Shown here: piece after piece, positions 1 through 12,508 of the stretch
Layout: each line of letters begins with the position of its first letter
Numbering within the stretch: the stretch's first letter is position 1
Source of the DNA: an uncultured Actinomycetes bacterium
Lineage (GTDB): Bacteria > Actinomycetota > Thermoleophilia > Gaiellales > JALYLC01
NCBI GenBank assembly: GCA_963834415.1
Contig: CAWIBP010000005.1
Coordinates: 205,734-269,733 of the forward strand
Direction of reading: 5' to 3'
DNA length: 64,000 nt
Made by a program: the position numbers and the translations under genes
The notes under the pieces: model-generated
What the model was told of the DNA's origin: nothing
Seen by the model: only the letters and a program-made list of their open reading frames with translations
Databases searched by the model: none

Positions 1-652
1 GGAGCCGCATCACGAGCGCGCGCGTGATGCCGGCGAGCGCGCCGCCCGAGACCGCGGGCGTGAGCACGCGGCCGTCGCGGACGACGAAGAGGTTGTCGGC
101 GGTGCATTCGGCGATCAGGCCCTGCGCGTTCAGCAGCATCGCCTCGTCGGCGCCCTGCCGGCGCGCCTCGATCGATGCCAGCACGCTCGTGAGGTAGTTG
201 AGGGACTTGATCTGCGGCGGCAGCGCGTCGTGCGCGCTGCGGCGCAGGCTCGAGGTGATCAGCTTGAGGCCGTCGCGATAGCTCTCGGGCGGGTAGAGCG
301 CGATCGGCGCCGCGATCACGATCAGGCTGGGGCGCGAGCACGTGTGCGGCGAGACGCCGAGCGCGCCCGGGCCGCGCGTGACGACGAGGCGCATGTAGCC
401 GTCGTCGAGATCGCGGCGCGCCGCCGCCTCGCGGCAGATCGCAGCGATCTCGTCGAGGCCGGCCGGCAGCTCGAGCGCCAGCGCGCGCGCCGAGGTGGCG
501 AGCCGCGCGAGGTGCTCGTCGAGCAGGAACGGCTCGCCGCCGTAGATGCGGATGCCCTCGAAGACGCCGTCGCCGTAGAGCAGGCCGTGGTCGAGCACCG
601 AGACGCGGGCTTCCTCGGCCGGCGTCCACTCACCATCGACGTACGCGATCAC
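1..652 (-). CDS. ilvE: Branched-chain amino acid aminotransferase (class IV), 3' end outside window
   Basis: Manual translation from GTG at 652: MIAYVDGEWTPAEEARVSVLDHGLLYGDGVFEGIRIY ... QIKSLNYL ... GLIAECTADNLF ... GSLAGITR, all class IV aminotransferase motifs. Confidence 0.9.
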   Translation of the reverse strand, partial: MIAYVDGEWTPAEEARVSVLDHGLLYGDGVFEGIRIYGGEPFLLDEHLARLATSARALALELPAGLDEIAAICREAAARRDLDDGYMRLVVTRGPGALGVSPHTCSRPSLIVIAAPIALYPPESYRDGLKLITSSLRRSAHDALPPQIKSLNYLTSVLASIEARRQGADEAMLLNAQGLIAECTADNLFVVRDGRVLTPAVSGGALAGITRALVMRL

Positions 653-703
653 GCCCTCACCACCTTCATAGGATCTAGTGACTATACGATGTAAAGTGAC
701 CGC

Positions 704-1180
704 GTGTCCACCTACCCCGACGATTGCCCGGTTGCGGCGACGCTCGACGCGGTCGGCGATCGCTGGACGCTCTTGATCGTGCGCGACCTGCTGCGCGGGA
801 TCACGCGCTACGGCGACCTCGAGCGCTCGCTCGCGCCGATCGCGCCCAACCTGCTCGCCGACCGTCTGCGCCGGCTCGAGGATCTCGGCCTCGTGACGCG
901 CGAGCGCTACAGCGAGCGCCCGCTGCGCGCGAGCTACGCGCTGACCGAGCGCGGTCGCGCGCTCGCGCCGGTGATCGTCACGCTCGGGCGCTTCGGCATC
1001 GACCAGCTCGGCCGGGCCGAGCCCGACTACCTGGCCGCGCACGTCGGCTGCGGCGGCCGGGTGCCGCCGACCGCCTGGCGCTGCCTGCGCTGCGGCGACG
1101 ACGTGACGGCCGGCGATCTCGAGCTGCTCGCGCCGAGCGAGATCGCCCCGCCCGCGGTCGCCGCGAGCGCCGAGCCGTAG
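704..1180 (+). CDS. HxlR-family winged-helix transcriptional regulator
   Basis: CPVAATLDAVGDRWTLLIVRDL ... Y.LTERG; C-terminal HxxCG...CxxCG motif. Confidence 0.9.
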   Translation: MSTYPDDCPVAATLDAVGDRWTLLIVRDLLRGITRYGDLERSLAPIAPNLLADRLRRLEDLGLVTRERYSERPLRASYALTERGRALAPVIVTLGRFGIDQLGRAEPDYLAAHVGCGGRVPPTAWRCLRCGDDVTAGDLELLAPSEIAPPAVAASAEP

Positions 1181-1245
1181 AGCCGGGGTCAGGCGCTTGC
1201 TCCTCACGCCGCCTGGGGCGAGCACGGCTCAGTAGACTCGGCGCG

Positions 1246-2529
1246 ATGAGGATCCTGCTCGTCGGCTCGGGCGGGCGGGAGCACGCGCTTGCGCAGGCGC
1301 TCGCCGCGAGCCCCACCTGCTCCGCGTTGCACTGCGCGCCCGGCAATCCCGGCATCGCGCGCGTCGCGACCTGCCACGGCGTGGCCGTCGACGACCTCGG
1401 CGGGCTGGTCGCGCTGGCCCACCACCTCGAGGTCGCACTCGTCGTGATCGGTCCCGAGCTGCCGCTCGTGCTCGGGCTCGGCGATGCCCTGCGCCGAGCG
1501 CGCATCCCGGTCTTCGGCCCGTCCTCGGGTGCAGCGCTGCTCGAGGGCTCGAAGGCGTTCTCGAAGAAGCTGATGATCGCGGCCGGCGTGCCGACGGCCC
1601 GCTACTGGACGTGCACCGACAGCGCCGCCGCGCTGCGCGCGGTGGACGAGCTCGGCGGCGCGTGCGTCGTCAAGGCCGACGGCCTGGCCGCGGGCAAGGG
1701 CGTCGCCGTGTGCCCGGATCGCGCGAGCGCCGAGGCGGCGATCGAGGCGAGCCTCGTGGCCGGCGCGTTCGGCGAGGCGGGCCGCACGGTGGTCGTCGAG
1801 GAGCTGCTGGTCGGCGACGAGGTCTCGCTGCTCGCGCTCTGCTCCGGGCAGACCGCACGGCCGCTCGCGGCCGCCCAGGATTTCAAGCGCGTCGGCGACG
1901 GCGACAGCGGCCCGAACACAGGCGGCATGGGCGCCTACTCGCCGGTGCCGTGGTTCGGCGACGACGCCACGGCCGAGGCGGCGAAGCTCGTGCACGAGCC
2001 GCTGCTGGCCGAGCTCGCACGCCGCGGCATCCCGTTCTCGGGCTGCCTCTACGCCGGCCTGATGCTGACCGCCGACGGCCCGCGCGTGCTCGAGTACAAC
2101 GTCCGCTTCGGCGACCCGGAGACCCAGGCGCTCGTCGCGCGCTTCGACGGCGACCTCGCCGTCGCGCTCGCGGGGATCGCCCACGGCGCGCCTGACGAGG
2201 TCGAGCTCGGCGTCGGCGCCGATGCCGCCGTCACGCTCGTGCTGGCCGCTCCGGGCTACCCGGTCGAGACGCGCACCGGGCAGGCGATCGAAGGCATCGA
2301 GCGCGCCGAGGCGCTGGCCGGCGTGACGGTCCAGCACGCCGGCACCGTGGTGCGCGACGGGCGGCTGGTCGTCGCCGGCGGCCGCGTGCTCGGCGTCACC
2401 GCCACGGCGCCGACGTTGCACCTGGCGCGTGAGCGCGCCCGGGCAGGGGCGCAGGAGATCACATTCGAAGGCAAGCAGGTGCGCAGCGACATCGCGCTGC
2501 GCGCCGCCGAGGAGGAAGCACGTGTCTGA
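1246..2529 (+). CDS. purD: Phosphoribosylamine--glycine ligase
   Basis: MRILLVGSGGREHALA, KADGLAAGKGV, GPNTGGMGAYSP, LEYNVRFGDPETQ. Confidence 0.97.
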   Translation: MRILLVGSGGREHALAQALAASPTCSALHCAPGNPGIARVATCHGVAVDDLGGLVALAHHLEVALVVIGPELPLVLGLGDALRRARIPVFGPSSGAALLEGSKAFSKKLMIAAGVPTARYWTCTDSAAALRAVDELGGACVVKADGLAAGKGVAVCPDRASAEAAIEASLVAGAFGEAGRTVVVEELLVGDEVSLLALCSGQTARPLAAAQDFKRVGDGDSGPNTGGMGAYSPVPWFGDDATAEAAKLVHEPLLAELARRGIPFSGCLYAGLMLTADGPRVLEYNVRFGDPETQALVARFDGDLAVALAGIAHGAPDEVELGVGADAAVTLVLAAPGYPVETRTGQAIEGIERAEALAGVTVQHAGTVVRDGRLVVAGGRVLGVTATAPTLHLARERARAGAQEITFEGKQVRSDIALRAAEEEARV

Positions 2530-3049
2530 GCTCGAGACCGACACCGACGACGTCGACCCCGACGTCCCCAGCCCCACGCCGACGCCCGCCGAGATGGACG
2601 ACATGATCCCGGGGCTCGAGGCGACCGCGCCGCTGATCGGGATCCTGATGGGCTCCGAGTCCGATCGCCCGATCATGGAGAAGGCCTGCGCCGAGCTCGA
2701 CGATCGCGCGATCTCGTACGAGATCAACGTGATCTCGGCGCACCGCAACCCCAAGCAGGTCGCGGAGTACGCCGAGAGCGCCGCGGTGCGCGGCATCCGC
2801 GTGATCATCGCCGGGGCCGGCATGGCCGCGGCGCTGCCCGGTGTCGTCGCGGCCTACACCGAGCTCCCGGTGATCGGCGTGCCGATCTCCTCCGGCGGCC
2901 TCGGCGGCATGGACGCGCTGCTCGCGATCGCGCAGATGCCGCCGGGCGTGCCGGTCGGCTGCATGGCGATCGGCGGGGCGCGCAACGCGGCGATCTTCGC
3001 CTCGCGCATCCTCGCGCAGGGCGGGACCCCGATCGCGTACGGGGAATGA
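2522..3049 (+). CDS. purE: N5-CAIR mutase / AIR carboxylase PurE with acidic N-terminal extension
   Basis: GILMGSESD, SAHRNP, PVIGVP, QMPPGVPV; GTG start overlaps the end of purD. Confidence 0.95.
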   Translation: MSELETDTDDVDPDVPSPTPTPAEMDDMIPGLEATAPLIGILMGSESDRPIMEKACAELDDRAISYEINVISAHRNPKQVAEYAESAAVRGIRVIIAGAGMAAALPGVVAAYTELPVIGVPISSGGLGGMDALLAIAQMPPGVPVGCMAIGGARNAAIFASRILAQGGTPIAYGE

Positions 3050-4478
3050 GCGGATTCGGCACGCCCGAGGAGGCGGCGCGCGCGATCGTGCTCGCCGGCG
3101 AGCTCGCGGCGGCCTTCCGGCGCGACGTCGGCGACCTGCCTGCGGCGGGCATGATCAGCGACGAGGAGCGCGCGGTCTACCGCGTGCCGCTGCCGCGCGA
3201 CGGCGAGGGGCTCGAGGCCACGATCGAGCACGTCGCGAGCGACATCCTGCCGCGCTCGCACGCGCACTCCCACCCCCGCTCGTTCCCGTTCATCGACGGC
3301 GCGGGCCTCGAGGCCGGCATCGCTGCGGCGGTGCTCGGCGCGTCGCTCGACGCGAACCTCGGCGGCGGCGCGGGCCTGGCCTCCGAGATCGAGGACGTGA
3401 CCTGGCGCTGGCTCGCCGAGCTGATCGGCTTCCCGGCCGGCGGCGGGCACTTCACGAGCGGCGGCACGCTCGCCAACATGACCGGCCTCGCCTGCGCCCG
3501 CCACCGCGCCTTTCCCGAGGCGCGCGAGCACGGCATCGCCCCGGGCTCGGCCGCCGTCTACACCTCGGAGCACGCGCACAACTCGATCGCGCGCGCCTGC
3601 GACGTGCTCGGCCTCGGCCGGCGCGCGCTGCGCTCGATCCGCTGCGACGACCGCTTCCGCATCCGGCCCGACGAGCTCGCGCGCGCGATCGAGACCGATC
3701 GCGCCGCCGGCGTGACGGCCGTCGCCGTCGTCGGCGTCGCGGGCACGACCAGCACGGGCGCCGTCGACCCGCTCGACGCGCTCGCCGACCTCTGCGCCGA
3801 GCACGGCATCTGGCTGCACGTCGACGGGGCCTACGGCGCGCCGGCCGCCGCGGCGCCGACGAGCGCGCCGCTCTTCGCCGGCCTCGAGCGCGTCGACTCG
3901 CTCGGGCTGGATCCCGCACAAGTGGCTCTACCTGCCGAAGGCCGTCGGCTGCGTGCTCGTGCGCGATCCGGGCGCGCTCGGCGCGACGTTCGCGGGCGAG
4001 GCCGCGTATCTCGAGAACGTCGGCGACGGGCCGTTCTCCGGCCCGGTCTGGCCGGTCTGGGAGGGCATCGAGGTGACGCACCCGTTCCGCGGCCTCGGGC
4101 CGTGGATGGCGTTCCGCGCCTACGGCGCCGACGCCCTCGTCGCCGCGATCGAGAACGACCTGCGGCTCGCGCGCCTGCTCGCGCAGACCGTGCGCGACGC
4201 GCCCGACCTCGAGCTGCTCGACGAGCCGCAGCTCTCGGTCGTCGTCTACCGCCACCATCCGGCGGGCCTGGACGACCCCGCGGCGCTCGACGCGCACAAC
4301 CGCGCGCTGCTCGATGCGATGCAGCGCGACGGCCGCGTGCTGACCTCGGGCACGACGATCCGCGGCGCCTTCGCGCTGCGGCCGTGCATGACGCACCACC
4401 GCACGACCGACGCCGACGTCCTGGCTACTGGCGGCGGTCGCGCAGGAGCTCGGGGCCGGGTCGCTTCTATGCTGCCAC

Positions 4479-4482
<4 letters not shown>
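3046..4482 (+). CDS. Group II PLP-dependent amino acid decarboxylase (DDC/DABA-decarboxylase-like); frameshifts near 3915 and 4425, end approximate
   Basis: [33 protein letters not shown], and D-P-H-K-W PLP lysine reconstructed across the indel at gatcccgcacaagtgg. Confidence 0.88.
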
Positions 4483-5786
<1,304 letters not shown>

Positions 5787-5794
<8 letters not shown>

Positions 5795-6701
5795 CTCGCT
5801 CGCGCTCGACCACCTCGCCTCCGGCAAGGTGCGGGAGCTCTACGACGCCGGGGACGACCGGCTGCTGCTCGTCGCCTCCGACCGCATCTCGGCCTTCGAC
5901 GTCGTGCTGCCCGACGCCGATCCCCGACAAGGGCCGCGTGCTCACGGCGCTCTCGCTGCACTGGTTCGCGCTCACGGGCGACATCGTGCGCAACCACGTG
6001 ATCTCGGCCGAGCTCGACGACTTCCCCGAGGGCGCGCGCGATCCCGATCTCGCCGGCCGCGCGCTGCTCGTGCGCACGGCTCGAGATGCTGCCGCTCGAG
6101 TGCGTCGTGCGCGGCTACCTCGCCGGCTCGGGCTGGAAGGACTACGGCGCGCACCGGCGCCGTCTGCGGCATCCCGCTGCCCGCCGGGCTGCGGGAGGCC
6201 GACGGCTGCCGCGCAGCCGCTCTTCACGCCGTCGACCAAGGCCGACGACCGGCCACGACGAGAACATCACGCGAGCAGCAGGGCATCGAGCTCGTCGGCG
6301 AGCAGCGCTACCGCGAGGTCGAGCAGGCGTCGATCGCGCTCTACGAGCGCGCGGCCGGCCGCGGCGCTCGAGCGCGGCGTGCATCCTCGCCGACACGAAG
6401 TTCGAGTTCGGCATCGACAGCGACGGCGAGCTCGTCGTCGGCGACGAGGTGCTGACGCCCGACTCGTCGCGCTTCTGGCCCGCCGACGAGCTACGCGCCC
6501 GGCTCCTCGCCGCCGTCGTTCGACAAGCAGTTCGTGCGCGACTGGCTCGAGACGCAGACGTGGGACAAGACGCCGCCCGGCGCCCGAGCTGCCCGACGAG
6601 GTGCGCGACGGCACGGCGGCGCGCTACCGCGAGGCCTACGAGCGCCTCACCGGACGCACGTTCGGCGAGCTACCTGCGACGAGATGGGGGTGCGCACGTG
6701 A
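5787..6701 (+). CDS. purC: SAICAR synthetase (several frameshifts)
   Basis: [67 protein letters not shown]. Confidence 0.95.
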
Positions 6702-6970
6702 AGGTCACCGTGCTCGTCCGGCCCAAGGCAGGGCATCCTCGACCCGCAGGGCGAGGCCATCCGCCAGGCGCTGACGACGCTCGGCTATCCGGCGAGCTCG
6801 GTGCGCGCCGGCCGCGTGTTCGACGTCGAGCTCGACGTCAGCGACGCCGCCGAGGCCGAGTCGCGTCGGCCGCGAGGCCGCCGACCGCGTGCTCGCCAAC
6901 GGCCTGATCGAGGGCTTCGAGCGTCGTCGACGGTCGAGCCAGCGCCGCGGTCGCGAGCCGCAGCCGGTGA
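6698..6970 (+). CDS. purS: FGAM synthase subunit PurS (frameshifted)
   Basis: [20 protein letters not shown] ... [11 protein letters not shown] ... LANGLIE. Confidence 0.88.
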
Positions 6971-7680
6971 GCCGCCCGCCGCGCATCGGCGTGATCTCGT
7001 TCCCCGGCACGTGCGACGACCGCGACGCGCTGCGGGCCGTCGAGCTCGCCGGCGGCGAGGCCGTGGCGCTGTGGCACGACGACTCCGACCTCGACGGCTG
7101 CACGCGGCGTGATCGTGCCGGGCGGCTTCTCGTACGGCGACTACCTGCGCGCCGGCGCGATCGCCCGCTTCGCGCCGATGATGCGCGAGGTCGAGTCCTT
7201 CGCCGCCGCGGGCGGCCCGGTGCTCGGCATCTGCAACGGCTTCCAGGTGCTCTGCGAGGCCGGCCTGCTGCCCGGCGTCCTGCGGCCCAACCACCACGGC
7301 CGCTTCGTCTGCCGCGACGTCGATCTCGTCGTGCAGCACGCCGGCTCGCCGTGGCTCGGCGGCGCTCGCGGCGGGCACGGTGCTGCGCGTGCCCGTCAAG
7401 CACCACGACGGCGCCTGGTACGCGCCGCCCGGGAGCTACGAGCGCATCGACGGCCGCCGGGCAGGTCGCGCTGCGCTACGCCGAGAACCCGAACGGCGCC
7501 TACGCCGACGTCGCCTGCGTGACGAACGAGGCCGGCAACGTCTGCGGCCTGATGCCGCACCCCGAGCACGCGATGGACGCGCTGCTCGGCCCGGTCGGCG
7601 GCCGTCCGCTGCTCGCGGGCCTGGTTGCGCTGGCCACGGCGCATCGCAAGGCGACGCCGGTCGCGCCTCGGGCGTACGGC
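6967..7680 (+). CDS. purQ: FGAM synthase glutaminase subunit PurQ (frameshifted; end approximate)
   Basis: [44 protein letters not shown]. Confidence 0.93.
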
Positions 7681-8012
7681 TTGCGCGCGGGCGACGAGGT
7701 CGTAGGAGTCCTCGATCAGCTCCTCGATCATCGTCTGCGGCAGGCTGCCGTCGAGTGTGATCGTGATCCAGTGGCGCTTGTCGAGGTGGTAGCCGCGGCT
7801 CGATCGCAGCGTGCTCGGCGCGCAGCACCTCGCCGTGCTCGGGATCGCACTTGAGCGTGATGCGCACCGGCGAGCCGTTCCGCTCGACGACGAGCGCGAA
7901 GATCTTGCCGGCGACCTTGAAGACCGTGACCTCGGGCCGAACGGGATACTCGCGCTCGGCGCCCTCCTGCCGCTCGCAGGCGGCGAACACGGCGGCTCCG
8001 CTCGGCGCTCAC
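7620..8012 (-). CDS. MmcQ/YjbR family protein (frameshifted; end approximate)
   Basis: [15 protein letters not shown] ... LKCDPE ... [12 protein letters not shown] ... IEDSYDLV. Confidence 0.85.
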
Positions 8013-8969
8013 CGCCCGATGCGCGCAGGTAGGCGCGCACGATGCCGGCGGCGTCCTCGTCGCGCGGCAGCCCGAGCGCGTCGGCGCGCGCCGAGCTCCA
8101 GGTCGATCGGCCAGCCGCGCACCATCGCTCTCGACGACCGGGTCGACCGCGACCTCGAGCGGCGCGAGCGTCGGCCGGATCGACGAGCCGCGTGCAGCGG
8201 CCGCGAGCAGCTCGCCGGACGTGGTGACGAGGCCGGGCAGGTTGACGCGTGCGCCCGCTGCCGAGCGCGTCGCCGTCGACCTCGAGCAGCTGCGCGAGGC
8301 AGCCGACGGTGGTGTCGACGCCGATCACGACCGTCGGCAGGTCGAGGCTCACCGGCAGCGTCGACGCGGCGCCCCGCGAGCGGCTCGCGCACGACGGCGC
8401 TGGCGAAGCTCGAGGCGGCGGCGTTGGGCGCGCCCGGGACGCACGATCACGGTCGGCGGCCGCGCCGAGCGCGCGTCGAGGAAGCCCTTGCGCGTCGCGT
8501 CGGCGAAGAGCAGCTCGAGCATCGCCTTGGTCGCGCCGTAGGTCGTCGACGGCGTCGGCGCGCGTGTCGTCGTCGACCGGCCCGAGCGCGAGCTCGCCGC
8601 CGAACACCGCCAGCGAGCTCGTGAACACGAGACGCGGCGCCGTCCCGTGTGCGCGGCAGGCCTGGACGAGCGCGCGGCCGCCGTCGATGTTGACCTCGAG
8701 CGCCGCGTCGAAGTCGCGCTCGGCTCCGCCGCTGACGACGGAGGCGAGGTGCACGATCGCCACCTCGGGGCTGTCGAGCGCCTCGCGCAGCAGCTTCTCG
8801 TCGCGGATGTCGCCGCGCAGCACCGTCACGTCGGCGAGGTCGTCGGGCGGCGCCAGGGCGGCGGGCATGTCCAGGAGGACGAGCTCGTCCTCGGGCCGCG
8901 TTCGGCGCGCAGCCGGCGGGCGAGCTCGGTGCCGAGCATGCCGAGACCACCCGTGATCACGATTCTCAT
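8009..8969 (-). CDS. NAD-dependent epimerase/dehydratase, D-erythronate dehydrogenase (DenD)-like (frameshifted)
   Basis: MRIVITGGLGMLG, HLASVVSGGAERDFD, VFTSSLAVFGG, YGATK, PNAAASSFA, LGLPRDED. Confidence 0.8.
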
Positions 8970-8988
8970 CGCCCTATGATCGCGGCTG

Positions 8989-9853
8989 ATGGACGTCGTC
9001 GTCGTAGGTGCCGGGCTGATGGGCTCGCAGATCGCCGCCGAGTACGCGCTCGGAGGCCATCGCGTGCACTGCTATGCGCGGCGACCCGGAGGACGACGCG
9101 CACGCGCGTCGAGGAGACGTTCGCGACGGTGCTGCGGCTCGAGCTGCGCGACGAGCGCTGACGGCATGGAGGCCGCCGAGGGCGTCGACGTGACGGACGC
9201 GCTGGACGCGATCGAGCGCTGCGACCTCGTCGTCGAGTCGGTGCCGGAGGACCTCGCGCTGAAGGGCGAGGTGCTGGCGCCGATCGCCGCGCGCTTCGCC
9301 GACGCGGTGATCGCGAGCAACACCTCGTCGCTCTCGATCGGCGCGATCGGCGAGGCCTGCGGCGCGCCCGAGCGCACGGTCGGCACGCACTACTGGAACC
9401 CGCCGCTGCTGATGCCGCTGGTCGAGGTGATCGCGGGCGCGCAGAGCCGGCCCGAGGCCGTCGAGCTGGCCCGCTCGGCCGTCGCGAGCTGCGGCAAGCG
9501 CCCGGTGCTCGTGCAGCGCGACGTGCCCGGCTTCATCTGGAACCGGCTGCAGCACGCGCTCCTGCGCGAGGCGCTCTGGATCGTCGACAACGGCGTCGCC
9601 ACGCCCGAGGCGGTGGACGAGGTCGTGCGCTACGGCAACGCGCGCCGCTGGGAGCACGTCGGGCCGTTCGCGGCGGCCGCGCTCGGCGGCATCGGCACCT
9701 GGCAGCGCGTCGCCGGCGAGCTCTTCCCCGTGCTCTCGAACGCCGGCGACGCAGGCGACCTCGAGCGCGCGCAGTGGGCCGACGCCGGAGCAGCTGGCGG
9801 CGATCGCGCGGCCCGCGACGCCGAGCTCGCGCGCGACCTGCCGCCAGCCCTGA
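8989..9853 (+). CDS. 3-hydroxyacyl-CoA dehydrogenase family protein (frameshifted; end approximate)
   Basis: VVGAGLMGSQIA, VESVPEDLALK, ASNTSS, GTHYWNPP, PGFIWNRLQ. Confidence 0.88.
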
Positions 9854-9875
9854 ACCGCCCCGGCGCGCGCGGGCG

Positions 9876-10151
9876 TCACTTGCCGAGCCCCGCGACGAGC
9901 TTGCGCAGCTCGGGCTGCTTGCGCAGCTCGAGCGCGAGCGCCGCGACCTCCGCCGGCCGCAGCGTCAGCGGGCCCGCGCATCGTGCGCCCGTCGGCGCGG
10001 TAGAAGAACCGCAGCAGCTGCTCGCCGTCGGCTCCGCTGAGCCGCGCGACGCCGAGCTCCAGTCGCCCGCTCGCCCTCGTTGCCCGCGACCGTCGCCTCC
10101 TCCTCGACCGTCGCCTTGCCCCACGGCAGCTGCACCTGTCTTGCCTGTCAT
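9876..10151 (-). CDS. Small hypothetical protein (frameshifted)
   Basis: ATG at 10151 follows a gaggaag SD-like site; reconstructed C-terminal half reads [43 protein letters not shown]. Confidence 0.5.
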   Translation of the reverse strand: MTGKTGAAAVGQGDGRGGGDGRGQRGRAGDWSSASRGSAEPTASSCCGSSTAPTGARCAGPLTLRPAEVAALALELRKQPELRKLVAGLGK

Positions 10152-10283
10152 GCGCACTTCCTCTCGCCTCGTCGCCGGAGATCCAGGCTGGCAGGGGCGA
10201 GGTGACGCGGAGCGTGCGGGGCGTGCCGGAAGTGCACCAAGATGCGGGGCGCGGAGGAGGGTTCGATAGCATCGGTCGAACGC

Positions 10284-12508
10284 GTGACACAGGCGACCCA
10301 ACAGCCGCTCCATCGTGCCCTCGGGCTCACGGACGCCGAGTACACGCAGATCGAGAAGGCACTCGAGCGCGTCGCCGAACGACTTCGAGCTCGCCGTCTT
10401 CTCGCTGCTTGTGGTCGGAGCATTGCGGCTACAAGCATTCCCGCCTCGAGCTGCGCCGGCTGCCCACGCACAGCGCGCGCGTCCTGCAGGGGCCCGGTGA
10501 GAACGCGGGCGTGATCGACGTCGGCGACGGCCTCGCGATCGCCTTCAAGGTCGAGAGCCACAACCACCCCTCGGCGGTCGAGCCGTACCAGGGCGCGGCC
10601 ACGGGCGTGGGCGGGATCCTGCGCGACATCTTCGCGATGGGCGCGCGGCCGATCGCGCTCGGCGACTCGCTCCGGCTCGGCCCGCTCGACGAGGAGCGCC
10701 CGCGCGAGCTGTTCCGCGGGATCGTGCGCGGCATCGGCGGCTACGGCAACTGCGTCGGCGTCCCGAACGTCGCCGGCGAGACCGTCTTCGACGCCGCCTA
10801 TCGCCAGAATCCGCTCGTCAACGCGCTCTGCATCGGCCTCCTGCGCGCCGACGAGCTCGTGCGCGCGAGCGCCGGCGGGCCCCGGCAACCTCGTCGTCCT
10901 GTTCGGCGCGACGACGGGCCGCGACGGGATCGGCGGCGCGAGCGTCCTGGCCTCGCAGGATCTCGACGAGAGCGACGAGGACAAGCGCCCGACCGTGCAG
11001 GTGGGCGATCCGTTCACGGGCAAGAAGCTGATCGAGTGCACGCTCGAGCTCGCCGCGCCTCGGGCTGGTCGTCTCCGTGCAGGACCTGGGCGCCGCGGGC
11101 CTCGCGTCGTCCACCTCCGAGATGGCCGCGAGCGGCGGCGTCGGCATCGAGCTCGAGCTCGAGCGCGTGCCGCTGCGCGAGCAGGACATGCAGCCGTTCG
11201 AGGTGATGATCTCGGAGTCGCAGGAGCGCATGGCGCGATCGTCGAGCCGGCGCGCCTGGCCGAGGTCGAGGCCGTGTGCGCGCGCTGGCAGCTGCCCTGC
11301 ACGGCGATCGGCAAGGTCACCGACGACGGTCAGCTGCGCTGCCGCTGGGACGGCGAGGTCGTCGGCGACATGCCGGCCGACGTGCTCACCGACGCTCCCC
11401 GCTATCCGCTGCACGCCGAGCGCCCGGCCGCGCTCGCCGAGCAGTCCATCGCCGCCGCCGACGTCCCTGCCGTCGACGACGGCGCGGCGCTGCTGCTGCG
11501 CCTGCTGGCTGCGCCCAACATCTGCGCCAAGACGTGGGTCTACGAGCAGTACGACCAGGTCGTCGGCTCGGGCACCGTCGCCCGCCCGGGCAGCGATGCC
11601 GGCGTCGTGCGCCTGACGCCGTCCGATCGCGCGATCGCCGTGGCGCTCGACGGCGACGGCGCGCGCGTGGCGCTCGACCCGCGCCGCGGCGGCGCCGAGG
11701 CGGTCGCGCAGGCCGCGCTCAACGTCGCCTGCAGCGGCGCCGAGCCGGCGGCGATCACGAACTGCCTCAACTTCGGCAATCCCGAGCGCCCCGGCACGGC
11801 CTACGCGCTGCGCGAGGCGATCACCGGCATGGCCGAGGCCTGCGAGGTGCTCGGCACGCCCGTCGTCTCGGGCAACGTCTCGCTCTACAACGAGAGCGGC
11901 GGCCGGCCGATCCACCCGACGCCGGTGGTCGGCTGCGTCGGCGTGCTCGAGCGCGCCGACGCCGCGGTGCGCATCGGCGCCCGCCGACGCGAGCGGCACG
12001 CTGCTCCTGCTGGGCGACGCCGGTGCCCGTCTACGACGGCTCGGAGTGGCAGGCGCTGGTCGCGGGCGAGGCTTCCGGGCGCATACCCGAGGTCGATCTG
12101 CCCGCGCTGCGCTGGCTCACGCGATCTGCTCTCCGGCCTCGCGCGCGAGGGCGGTCTCCTGCGCTCCGCCCACGATGCCTCCGACGGCGGCCTGGCCGTC
12201 GCGCTGGCCGAGCTCGCGCTCGCCGCCGGCACCGGCGTCGAGGTCACCCTCGAGCCGCGCGGAGAGCGCCGTCGACGACGCTCTTCGGCGAGTGCTGCGG
12301 GCTCGTCGTCGCAAGCTGCGCGGCCCGAGGATGAGGCGAATCTGATCGAGGCGTGCGACGTCTGCAGGCGTGCCAGTCGAGAGAATCGGCGCCCTGGGCG
12401 GTGCGGCGATCGCGCTGCGCTGTGGCGAGCTGACGCTTCGACGTGCCGCTGGAGGAGGCGCGCGCGGCGTACGAGGGCGCGCTCCCGCAGGCCATGGCGG
12501 CCGTCTGA
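10284..12508 (+). CDS. purL: FGAM synthase subunit PurL (several frameshifts)
   Basis: [79 protein letters not shown]. Confidence 0.95.

Noticed and set aside
1181-1245. Purine/ZTP riboswitch or PurR box upstream of the pur cluster or purH
   Set aside because: purD appears leaderless and purH overlaps purN, leaving no room; no motif is visible.
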